Virus record (IMG/VR): IMGVR_UViG_3300025635_000074
Coordinates: 1 to 37,777 of that record
Reading direction: 5' to 3' (one strand)
Length of the DNA stretch: 37,777 nucleotides
Source of the DNA: a virus
Taxonomy: Duplodnaviria; Caudoviricetes
Shown: piece by piece, positions 28,398 through 36,402 of the stretch
Layout: every line of letters begins with the position of its first letter
Numbering within the stretch: the first letter of the stretch is position 1
The notes under the pieces: model-generated
What the model was told of the DNA's origin: nothing
Seen by the model: the letters and a program-made list of their open reading frames with translations, nothing else
Databases searched by the model: none
Program-made: the position numbers and the translations under genes

Positions 28398-30782
28398 ATG
28401 AGTATTAAATCAGTTCAACAATCTAATGTTGATAATTACGATAAGAATCATTCCTATAATGAATATAGTGACATTATTTCATACTGGACTAGAAATCCTT
28501 CTTGGATTAGTCTACCCGCAGTCGCAAACACCGAAGAGAAAATTGTAGCAGTACATCAAGTATTTGATGCTAATTCCAATTTTGTTGCATTGGGTATAAT
28601 ATCCGGTAATTATAATGTAAATTGGGGTGATGGTACCAGTGAAAATGTTAATGCTGCCACAGTTGCATATCATGAATACTCTTATATTGACACCGCTTTG
28701 GATAACACAAATGCTCCAGTAACATTAACGGATGCTGGTGATTTGATATCAAGAACAAATCATGGGTATTCCAATGGAATGGAAGTAAATTTTTATAATA
28801 TAGTTAGTACAACTGGATTAACTACATGGAAAACATATTATGTTATAAATGCTAATGCAAATGATTTTCAAGTATCAGAAACAGTTGGTGGTAGTGCAGT
28901 TACGCTAACTACGGATGGATCAGCGACATTATTAAATTATAAACAAGCATTAATTACAATTACACCACAAGCTGGCGCGAATCTAACATCTGTTAATTTT
29001 AATGTAAAACATAGCAAAACAAACTTACCAGCATATTCTACTGGATTTCTTGATCTATTAATATCCGCACCGTTAATGACAACATTAACTATAGGATCAG
29101 CATCTCCAACAGTATATTTTAATAGTTTAGAAAGAGTTAGAGTCATTAGTAGTGCATTAACAACATTTGCCTCCAAGTGCCAATATTTAGCAGCGTTGCA
29201 AGATGTATATTTCGTATCAACTGGAACCGTTACTTCAACCAATGCCATGTTTACGGGGTGTACTCGCCTACAATCTTTTCCATTATTTAATACAACAACT
29301 GTTACTGATATGTCACAAATGTTCAGTGGTTGCTACTCATTGAAAACAGTGCCATTATTCAATACCGCAAATGTTTTAGATATGACATCAATGTTTTCCA
29401 ATTGTAGAGCATTGAAAACAGTGCCTTTATTTAATACTACAAAAGTCACTGATATGTCTTTAATGTTTAATGGTTGTGATAGTTTGGTAACAGTGCCATT
29501 ATTTAATACTACAAAAGTCACTGATATGGGTACTATGTTCAGTGGTTGTTCAGCATTGGAATCAGTACCTTTATTTAATACTGCTGCTGTGACTGCTATG
29601 AATTCAATGTTTACAAATTGTGTTGTACTGAAATCAGTACCTTTATTTAATACTGTCAATGTGGATTCTATGGCATCTATGTTCAGTGGTTGTTCATCAT
29701 TGCTATCAGTACCTTTATTTAATACTGCCAATGTAACTTCTATGGGTTCAATGTTTACAAATTGTTCATCATTGAAAACAGTGCCTTTATTTAATACTGT
29801 CAAATTGACGACGGCGGCATCTATGTTCAGTGGTTGTTCAGCATTGCTATCAGTACCTTTATTTAATACTGCCAATGTAACTTCTTTTGCATCTATATTT
29901 GCAAGTTGTTCAGCATTAACTTCTATTCCCGCGCTTAATACTGCCAATGTATCTTCTTTTTCATCTACGTTCAGTAGTTGTTCAGCATTAGAATCTATTC
30001 CAGCGTTTAATACTGATAAAGTAACCACTATGGGATCCATGTTTTCGGCTTGTAGAAATATTAAAACAATTCCCGCAATGAATTGTAAATCTATAATAAC
30101 TACGGCAGGATTTACGGGAACGTTTACTTCATGTGCGTCAGTGCAAAAGATATTATTGTCAAATGTTGCGACTACACTATCGGTTGCATCACTTAGTTTG
30201 GGTCGAACCGAACTTGAATCATTCTTTAATAATCTCGCAACTGCAAATACCGTGGCTGGAGCAACTCTTACAATATCAACAAATCATGGAGTAGGTAATT
30301 CTGTTATAAAAACTTGCACATCTACGGCTGGTTCGAATCTAATCACAACTTCAGATACCGTGGGTGTTTTAACAGGTATGCAAGTTACTGGTGGTGGTTC
30401 ACCAATAACAGCCAATCTAGCAGTCACTTTTACTGATGCCGGTGATTTAGTTGGAGCTACTGCACATAGTCTACAAAATAATGATATCATATCATTTAAT
30501 TCAATAGTATCAACTACTGGATTAACTACATGGAAAACATACTATGTTATAAATGCTAATGCAAATGATTTTCAAGTATCAGAAACAGTTGGTGGTAGTG
30601 CTGTTACGTTAACTACAGATGGATCGGGACAAGCAAGATATAAAGCGGTTGTGGACTCAGTTGTCACAAATACTAGCATCACATTATCGAGAGTTATGCC
30701 AATATCCAATACATCAACATATACTTTTAGAGAATTAATAACAGCGCCAGCTTTACTAAAACAATGGACAATTACAGGATAA
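28398..30782 (+). CDS. Leucine-rich-repeat (BspA/DUF285-like) putative receptor-binding protein
   Basis: About 12 copies of a 24-aa repeat xxVTxMxxMFxxCxxLxxVPLFNT, flanked by two copies of a TDAGDL...H...YYVINANANDFQVSETVGGSAVTLTTDGS domain. Confidence 0.8.
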   Translation: MSIKSVQQSNVDNYDKNHSYNEYSDIISYWTRNPSWISLPAVANTEEKIVAVHQVFDANSNFVALGIISGNYNVNWGDGTSENVNAATVAYHEYSYIDTALDNTNAPVTLTDAGDLISRTNHGYSNGMEVNFYNIVSTTGLTTWKTYYVINANANDFQVSETVGGSAVTLTTDGSATLLNYKQALITITPQAGANLTSVNFNVKHSKTNLPAYSTGFLDLLISAPLMTTLTIGSASPTVYFNSLERVRVISSALTTFASKCQYLAALQDVYFVSTGTVTSTNAMFTGCTRLQSFPLFNTTTVTDMSQMFSGCYSLKTVPLFNTANVLDMTSMFSNCRALKTVPLFNTTKVTDMSLMFNGCDSLVTVPLFNTTKVTDMGTMFSGCSALESVPLFNTAAVTAMNSMFTNCVVLKSVPLFNTVNVDSMASMFSGCSSLLSVPLFNTANVTSMGSMFTNCSSLKTVPLFNTVKLTTAASMFSGCSALLSVPLFNTANVTSFASIFASCSALTSIPALNTANVSSFSSTFSSCSALESIPAFNTDKVTTMGSMFSACRNIKTIPAMNCKSIITTAGFTGTFTSCASVQKILLSNVATTLSVASLSLGRTELESFFNNLATANTVAGATLTISTNHGVGNSVIKTCTSTAGSNLITTSDTVGVLTGMQVTGGGSPITANLAVTFTDAGDLVGATAHSLQNNDIISFNSIVSTTGLTTWKTYYVINANANDFQVSETVGGSAVTLTTDGSGQARYKAVVDSVVTNTSITLSRVMPISNTSTYTFRELITAPALLKQWTITG
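28812..28921 (+). repeat. 110-bp direct repeat, copy 1
   Basis: 106/110 identical to 30516-30625 by manual alignment. Confidence 0.92.
29229..30086 (+). repeat. 72-bp coding tandem repeat array (~12 units)
   Basis: ttatt(t/c)aatac recurs at 72-nt spacing (29283, 29355, ...). Confidence 0.9.
30516..30625 (+). repeat. 110-bp direct repeat, copy 2
   Basis: Offset 1704 nt (568 codons) from copy 1, with four synonymous differences. Confidence 0.92.
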
Positions 30783-30786
30783 TCAT

Positions 30787-30975
30787 ATGGCAGATATATT
30801 AGATACTAGCGGATTCTATAAATTGGAAAATGATGATTTATTATATGCTCAATATTTTGTTGAATCATTTGACTATCAGCTAAATAGAGAGTCGAGAAAT
30901 GATTACATTTATCCAATTCATGGATGGAATTGGTTTGATTCCGAACAAGAAGCAAAAACATTCTACAATATCTAA
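30787..30975 (+). CDS. Small hypothetical protein (possible partner of the LRR protein)
   Basis: 62 aa: SGFYKL...LLYA...YIYPIHGWNWFDSEQEAKTF. SD-like agga upstream. Confidence 0.65.
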   Translation: MADILDTSGFYKLENDDLLYAQYFVESFDYQLNRESRNDYIYPIHGWNWFDSEQEAKTFYNI

Positions 30976-30987
30976 ACTATAATTAAA

Positions 30988-31944
30988 ATGGCCAAAATAA
31001 CAACACGCGCGGAATTCAAAAAATATTGCCTGAGACGATTAGGTTGGCCAGTTATACAAATCAACGTCTCAAATGAACAAATAGAAGATCGCGTAACAGA
31101 TGCCCTAAATTTTTTCATTGATTATCATTTTGATGGTACTGAGAAGATTTACATGAAGCACCAATTTACCCAAACAGATATTGATAGACGCTGGATTTAT
31201 TGTCCCGATCCTATCGTATTCGTAACTAAAGTTCTACCATGGGATGATTCAAATGCATCTGTTAATATGTTTGATTTGCGTTATCAATTAAGATTGCACG
31301 ATTTATATGATTTTACTTCGGTATCATATGTATCTTATGAAATCACAATGCAACATCTTAGAACGCTTAATTTATTGTTCTCGGGTACACCCCAATTTAG
31401 ATTTAATAGAAAACACAATAAACTATTTTTAGATATTGACTGGGAAAGAGATGCCCAAGTAGGCAAATATGTGATAGTAGAATGTTATCGATCTATGGTG
31501 CCAGATAGTGTGACATTAGCTGGTACAGTAACAGGCAATACATCATCGAATGTTCTAACAGGTTATTCTACAACATTCGATCAAGAAATTCTGGAAAATG
31601 ATATGTTAACATTATCGGATTCTCAGATTGTTCAAGTCAGAAAAATTAATTCACCTACTGAAATTGTTATTGCCAATAATCTAAGTGCGAATATAAGCAA
31701 TGCTACTATGGTAGTTGCAGGTGTATCGGATGTTTGGGATGATCGATTGCTTAAACAATATGCAACTGCACTAATAAAATATCAATGGGGTTCTAACTTA
31801 TCTAAATATTCAGGAGTTCAAATGCCTGGAGGTGTAACTTTAGATGGTGTTAGAATATTACAAGAAGCGCAACAAGAAATTGATAAAATTGAACAAGAAA
31901 TGCAAATATATAATGTACTACCAAATGAAATTTTCATTGGTTGA
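30988..31944 (+). CDS. gp13: Neck protein gp13
   Basis: TRAEFKKYCLRRLGWPVIQINVSNEQIEDRV, YHFDG, KQYATALIKYQWGSNLSKYSGVQMPGGVTLDG. Confidence 0.93.
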   Translation: MAKITTRAEFKKYCLRRLGWPVIQINVSNEQIEDRVTDALNFFIDYHFDGTEKIYMKHQFTQTDIDRRWIYCPDPIVFVTKVLPWDDSNASVNMFDLRYQLRLHDLYDFTSVSYVSYEITMQHLRTLNLLFSGTPQFRFNRKHNKLFLDIDWERDAQVGKYVIVECYRSMVPDSVTLAGTVTGNTSSNVLTGYSTTFDQEILENDMLTLSDSQIVQVRKINSPTEIVIANNLSANISNATMVVAGVSDVWDDRLLKQYATALIKYQWGSNLSKYSGVQMPGGVTLDGVRILQEAQQEIDKIEQEMQIYNVLPNEIFIG

Positions 31945-31950
31945 AATTAA

Positions 31951-32838
31951 ATGTTAAATAATTTCTTTAATCAATTTCCGGGTGATTTCGTCACTTCTGA
32001 ACAACTTCTTGTCGAAGATTGTTTGATAGAATCTATTCAAATGCATGGAATGGATTTATATTATTTACCCAGAGAAACTAGGGACACTTTCGATATGCTA
32101 TATGGAGAAGATGTACTAAAAACATATACAAAAGCATATCCAATTGAAATGTATATTGAGAATTTCACTGGAATGGAAGGTGAAGGTGATTTCATATCTA
32201 AATTTGGATTGGAAATTCGAGAAGAAATTAGAATGATTGTTTCTAGGAGACGATTTAAGAGTGTAGTTCCTAATCAAATTCGTCCCAATGAAGGTGATCT
32301 ACTTTATATACCATTATTTACTAGCTTCTTTGAGGTTATAGCAGTTGAAAATCAGAATGATCAGGCAATGTTCTACACTTTAGGTAGAGGTAGAGGTGGT
32401 AATGTATTTCTATATGCGCTCCAATTGAAACAATATGTATATTCCAATGAAGTGATAAACACCAATATTCAAGAAATAAATAATGCAGCAAGAAATTATT
32501 GGCCAAAAGTGAAATTGACTATAGCGAACACTAGCAGCAAATTTGTCAATGATGAGATTGTATATCAGGGCAATAGTCTAGCAAATGCTTCAGCACAAGC
32601 TTATGTATTTGATTATATTTCATCTATTTCTATGGATGTATATAGAACACAGGGAATATTTACTTCAGCTAATGGTATTATAAGAGGTGTGACATCAAAT
32701 TCAACCGCTAATATCGTAGATAGTTCGGATACTATACCTATGTCCACAATATCTGAAGATATTCAAGATAATCAAAGATTATCCGACGAAGTTGATACTA
32801 TCTTAGACTTCTCAGAGACTAATCCATTTGGATCATAA
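31951..32838 (+). CDS. gp14: Neck protein gp14
   Basis: EQLLVEDCLIESIQMHGMDLYYLPR, LYGED, SKFGLEI, RPNEGDLLYIP, terminal DFSETNPFG. Confidence 0.93.
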   Translation: MLNNFFNQFPGDFVTSEQLLVEDCLIESIQMHGMDLYYLPRETRDTFDMLYGEDVLKTYTKAYPIEMYIENFTGMEGEGDFISKFGLEIREEIRMIVSRRRFKSVVPNQIRPNEGDLLYIPLFTSFFEVIAVENQNDQAMFYTLGRGRGGNVFLYALQLKQYVYSNEVINTNIQEINNAARNYWPKVKLTIANTSSKFVNDEIVYQGNSLANASAQAYVFDYISSISMDVYRTQGIFTSANGIIRGVTSNSTANIVDSSDTIPMSTISEDIQDNQRLSDEVDTILDFSETNPFGS

Positions 32839-33600
32839 ATGTTAGGAAATGCACATTTCAGATTTGGAATAATTCGCAAATTAGTTGCGACATTTGGATC
32901 ATTATTTAATGATATCGATATCATTAGATTTGATGCCAATGATAATCCAAAAGAACGATTCAAAGTGCCTATTAGTTTTGGTGCTAAAGAAAAATATATC
33001 ACTCGTATAACAAGTGATCCAACTTTAACTAAATCGATTGCAACAGTTCTACCTAGAATATCTTTTGGATTGGAAGGAATATCTTATGATTCTAGTAGAA
33101 AACTTCAATCAACCTTATTAAATTTCGCTATTGATTCCAGCACAGGCGCAAGAACTCAATATGCACCTATTCCATATAATTTAGAATTTTCACTGGCTAT
33201 ATATGTACGAAATATCGAAGATGGAACACAAATACTAGAACAAATATTGCCATTCTTTACACCAGACTTCACAGTTACTATTGAATATGGTGGAATGGAT
33301 CAAAAATTTGATATTCCATTTATATTAAATTCTGTAAATCCTCCTATTGAATATGAGGGCGATAAGGCAGAAACAAGATTTATAGTATGGGATTTAGATT
33401 TTACTGCCAAAGCTTTTATGATACCGCCTGTCAAATCTGGAAAAATTATTCGTTCATCTAATGTTGATATTTTTGCAGAAGAAACTATGAATACTGAAAA
33501 TGTATTGGTTAATATCTGGACGGTTCCTAATCCTATAACAGCTAATGCAAATGATTCTTATACTTATACCGAAACTATAACTGAGTATTTCGATGGCTAG
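32839..33600 (+). CDS. gp15: Tail sheath stabiliser/tail terminator gp15
   Basis: IRKLVATFGSLFNDI, KVPISFGAKEKY, LPRISF, YDSSRK, PIPYNLEFSL, QILEQILPFFTPDF. Confidence 0.93.
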   Translation: MLGNAHFRFGIIRKLVATFGSLFNDIDIIRFDANDNPKERFKVPISFGAKEKYITRITSDPTLTKSIATVLPRISFGLEGISYDSSRKLQSTLLNFAIDSSTGARTQYAPIPYNLEFSLAIYVRNIEDGTQILEQILPFFTPDFTVTIEYGGMDQKFDIPFILNSVNPPIEYEGDKAETRFIVWDLDFTAKAFMIPPVKSGKIIRSSNVDIFAEETMNTENVLVNIWTVPNPITANANDSYTYTETITEYFDG

Positions 33601-33988
33601 TATAAATGAAAATTTAGATGATTTATTAGATTTGCCACCATCTACAGTAGATAATGATCTAAATACTATAGACATTACAGGCAAAAATGATGCCGATTTT
33701 GCGAGAGAGAATATTCGTGAATTGATTTTAAAAGGCAACAAACTTTTTGATGATATATCCAATGTTGCTAAAGAATCTGAAAACGCATTTGCATTTGATT
33801 CTGCAACTAAATTATTGAGAAGTCTTTCAATATTAAATAAGGATTTGATGGAAATCCAAAAACGAAAAAAAGATTTACTTGGAGTAGGATCACAAAAATT
33901 ATCTCATGATGATGCAAATGGAAGCAATGCTGTGATTTTCACAGGATCGACCGCAGAATTATTACGAGTTATAAGGAAAGAGAAATGA
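33593..33988 (+). CDS. gp16: Terminase small subunit gp16
   Basis: DADFARENIRELI..G, AKESE..AF, terminal NAVIFTGSTAELL. Follows gp15. Confidence 0.85.
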   Translation: MASINENLDDLLDLPPSTVDNDLNTIDITGKNDADFARENIRELILKGNKLFDDISNVAKESENAFAFDSATKLLRSLSILNKDLMEIQKRKKDLLGVGSQKLSHDDANGSNAVIFTGSTAELLRVIRKEK

Positions 33989-34431
33989 TGGAAGACACAA
34001 AAACTATTCAAGAATTAATGAAGAAAGTATTAGCTGATACATTTGCGTTATATGTTAAGTCATTAAATTATCACTGGAATTGTACTGGTCCAAATTTTCC
34101 AATGTATCACGATTTTTTCGGTAATTTCTATACTGAACTGAATGGTTCAATAGATGATATCGCAGAACATCTTAGAACATTGGATACCTTTGCACCTGGA
34201 TCTATGACTAGATTTCTTGAATTAACTGAAATTAAATGTGAATTGAGTATTCCAGCAATTCCAGAAATGGTTCAACGACTATTCGCTGATAATAAGACCA
34301 TATTGAATACTTTGAATATTACATTTGAATTGGCAACTGAATTAAAACTTCAAGGATTGGCAGATTATATCGCGGGTAGAATTGATGCTCATAAAAAACA
34401 TGAATGGATGTTGCGTAGCATTTTAACATAA
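33985..34431 (+). CDS. dps: Dps-family mini-ferritin
   Basis: LADTFALYVKSLNYHWNCTGPNFPMYHDFF...DDIAEHLR and HKKHEWML. The ferroxidase ligand spacing H-x11-H-x14-D-x3-E is intact. Confidence 0.9.
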   Translation: MMEDTKTIQELMKKVLADTFALYVKSLNYHWNCTGPNFPMYHDFFGNFYTELNGSIDDIAEHLRTLDTFAPGSMTRFLELTEIKCELSIPAIPEMVQRLFADNKTILNTLNITFELATELKLQGLADYIAGRIDAHKKHEWMLRSILT

Positions 34432-34432
34432 G

Positions 34433-35329
34433 ATGGCATCCGAAAATTATTTTGGAAATCCTAATCTAAAACGTATTGGAGTAGCAATTGATTATACTGA
34501 GGAACAAATTTTAGAGATTAAAAAATGCTCCGAAGATTATAAATATTTTATCGATAATTATTGCTATATTGTAACAGTTGATTCCGGTTTACAGCCCTTC
34601 AAATTATGGAAATTTCAGAAAACTTATCTGGATATTCTTCACAATAATAGAAAGATAATAGTAAAATTTCCTCGCCAAACATCAAAAACAACAACGGCGG
34701 CAGCATATTTTTTATGGCATACACTGTTTAGTGATAATAAAACAGTTGCGGTTCTGGCCAATAAAGAAGATGCTGCTATGGAAACATTATCTCGCTATCA
34801 GATAATGTATGAGAATCTTCCGTTATGGTTGCAGCAAGGCGTAAAAACTTGGAATAAAGGTAGTATTGAGTTAGAGAATGGTTCCAAGGTGATAACAGCA
34901 GCAACGACATCATCGGGAATTCGAGGAAAAACAATTTCGATTTTATATATAGATGAAGCCGCAATTATACCAAATAATATCGCAGATGCGTTTTTAACTT
35001 CAGTATTTCCGGTAGTTTCTTCTGGTACAACAACGAAAATTTTAATATCATCTACACCTAGAGGATATAATCATTTTTGGAAATTATGGAACGATGCCAA
35101 AGAAGGTAGGAACGGATTCATAACATATGAAATTCACTATTCGGAAGTTCCTGGAAAAAATAAAAAATGGGCAGAGGAACAACGAAAAACATTAGGCGAT
35201 GTTGGATTTGCACAGGAGGTAGAATGTCTAGGTGGAAATGAAACAGTAACTATTAGAAATAAAAATACAAATAAAATAGAAATTATCACATTAGAAAAAC
35301 TACATGATCTACTAAGCATAAATAATTGA
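34433..35329 (+). CDS. gp17: Terminase large subunit gp17, N-terminal ATPase half fused to split-intein N fragment
   Basis: YFGNPNLK, Walker A-like PRQTSKTT, WNKGSIELENGS, Walker B ILYIDEAA, ISSTPRG. Ends FAQEVE|CLGGNETVTI...stop. Confidence 0.93.
   Translation: MASENYFGNPNLKRIGVAIDYTEEQILEIKKCSEDYKYFIDNYCYIVTVDSGLQPFKLWKFQKTYLDILHNNRKIIVKFPRQTSKTTTAAAYFLWHTLFSDNKTVAVLANKEDAAMETLSRYQIMYENLPLWLQQGVKTWNKGSIELENGSKVITAATTSSGIRGKTISILYIDEAAIIPNNIADAFLTSVFPVVSSGTTTKILISSTPRGYNHFWKLWNDAKEGRNGFITYEIHYSEVPGKNKKWAEEQRKTLGDVGFAQEVECLGGNETVTIRNKNTNKIEIITLEKLHDLLSINN
35225..35326 (+). mobile_element. Split intein N fragment (IntN, 34 aa)
   Basis: CLGGNETVTIRNKNTNKIEIITLEKLHDLLSINN: block A beginning with Cys1 (tgt at 35225), then a stop codon. 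Confidence 0.88.
35317..35324 (+). promoter_or_regulatory. Late promoter-like motif CATAAATA upstream of the endonuclease and gp17-C genes
   Basis: Same octamer as before gp48, gp25 and gp18, embedded in the last IntN codons. Confidence 0.55.
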
Positions 35330-35391
35330 CGACCACGAAATTCATAGTTTCTGTCGCCCCTAGATACGATAAATTGACAAGGAGTATCCAG
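35328..35391 (+). promoter_or_regulatory. Predicted two-hairpin RNA leader around the endonuclease ribosome-binding site
   Basis: Hairpin 1: CGAC/GTCG plus GAAATT/AGTTTC (35330-35356). Hairpin 2: CTAGATAC (35360-35367) / GTATCCAG (35384-35391), enclosing SD AAGGAG (35379-35384). ATG at 35393. Confidence 0.5.
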
Positions 35392-35392
35392 C

Positions 35393-36100
35393 ATGCCTAT
35401 TTATGCACCAAAGTATTGTGTGTATTTAACAGTATACACAGGAAATAAATTACCAATGTTTTATATTGGATCAACATTAATCGATACTGTGTTAAATAAA
35501 CATTATCATGGTTCAGTTAAATCTAAAAAATATAAGTTAATTTTTCAAAAAGAATTGACTGAAAATCCACATTTATTTAAAACAATAATAATTAGTAAAT
35601 ATTATTCAAGAAAAAAAGCAATGTATCGAGAAAGAATACTACAGCAAAAATTAAATGTTGTCAAATCCGAAATGTATATGAATATGAGCATTGCGAAAGA
35701 TTTTGGCTGGTTCGGAATGTCGGCAAAGAGAGAAAATAATCCAGTTTATGGTAAACGTTGGAAAAAAACTCCAGAACAAATAGAGAATAGTAGAATTTCG
35801 TCACTAAGGGCATTTTCAAAACCATCACATAAAAAGAAAATGTCTGAACTTAGAAAAAATAAACTTCCATTATCAAAAAAACAAATAGAAGAAAAAAAGA
35901 AATTATATAACGAAATTCTTAGATTATATAATTCAATGCCAATATTACAGTATGGGCAGATATTACGAAATGGGCACATTTTAACTTATGATAGAGCATT
36001 TGCGAAAACATTTTGTAATCAATTTAATTTAACTGCAAATGGATTATATATAATAATCACAAAAGATACAACTGCGAAAAGATTGTTATGTCAGAAATAG
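35393..36100 (+). CDS. Free-standing GIY-YIG (Seg-like) homing endonuclease
   Basis: YCVYLT...FYIGST, YHGS, conserved E (MYRE) and N (YMN), followed by NUMOD3-like NNPVYGKRW and HKKKMSE segments. Very basic protein with SD AAGGAG. Confidence 0.82.
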   Translation: MPIYAPKYCVYLTVYTGNKLPMFYIGSTLIDTVLNKHYHGSVKSKKYKLIFQKELTENPHLFKTIIISKYYSRKKAMYRERILQQKLNVVKSEMYMNMSIAKDFGWFGMSAKRENNPVYGKRWKKTPEQIENSRISSLRAFSKPSHKKKMSELRKNKLPLSKKQIEEKKKLYNEILRLYNSMPILQYGQILRNGHILTYDRAFAKTFCNQFNLTANGLYIIITKDTTAKRLLCQK

Positions 36101-36402
36101 CATTCAACTCAAATTATGAAATTCTAACGCCAACTGATTGGCAAAATTTCGATGGCATAAGAAAATCAAAAAAACAAACACTAAAAATTAAATTTCAATC
36201 TGGGAAAGAAGTAATATGCACGCCAGATCATAGATTTATTCACGATAATATTGAAATTACAGCCAAATCATTAAAAGTTAAATCTAAATTAGGAAATGAA
36301 ATAGTTGTATCAGTTAAATTGGATAAAATTCAAAATGTATATGATCCAATAAATGTTGCAAATGGCAGTAAATATCTATCAAAAAATATAATTTCTCATA
36401 AT
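36088..36402 (+). mobile_element. Split intein C fragment (IntC, 105 aa)
   Basis: YEILTPTDWQNF, block B CTPDH (TxxH), block F VYD, block G SHN followed by Cys+1 (tgc at 36403). Confidence 0.9.

Noticed and set aside
29333-30040. 235-aa minus-strand ORF with repeats
   Set aside because: Antisense shadow of the 72-bp LRR repeats, with no RBS or independent motif.
28812-30625. Possible DGR template/variable repeat pair
   Set aside because: The differences are few, synonymous and not adenine-specific, both copies are coding, and there is no reverse transcriptase in the window.
35327-36090. Group I intron or pseudogene explanation for the interrupted gp17
   Set aside because: There is only 63 nt of non-coding sequence, too little for a ribozyme core. 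Both halves carry intact intein motifs and intact catalytic extein motifs.
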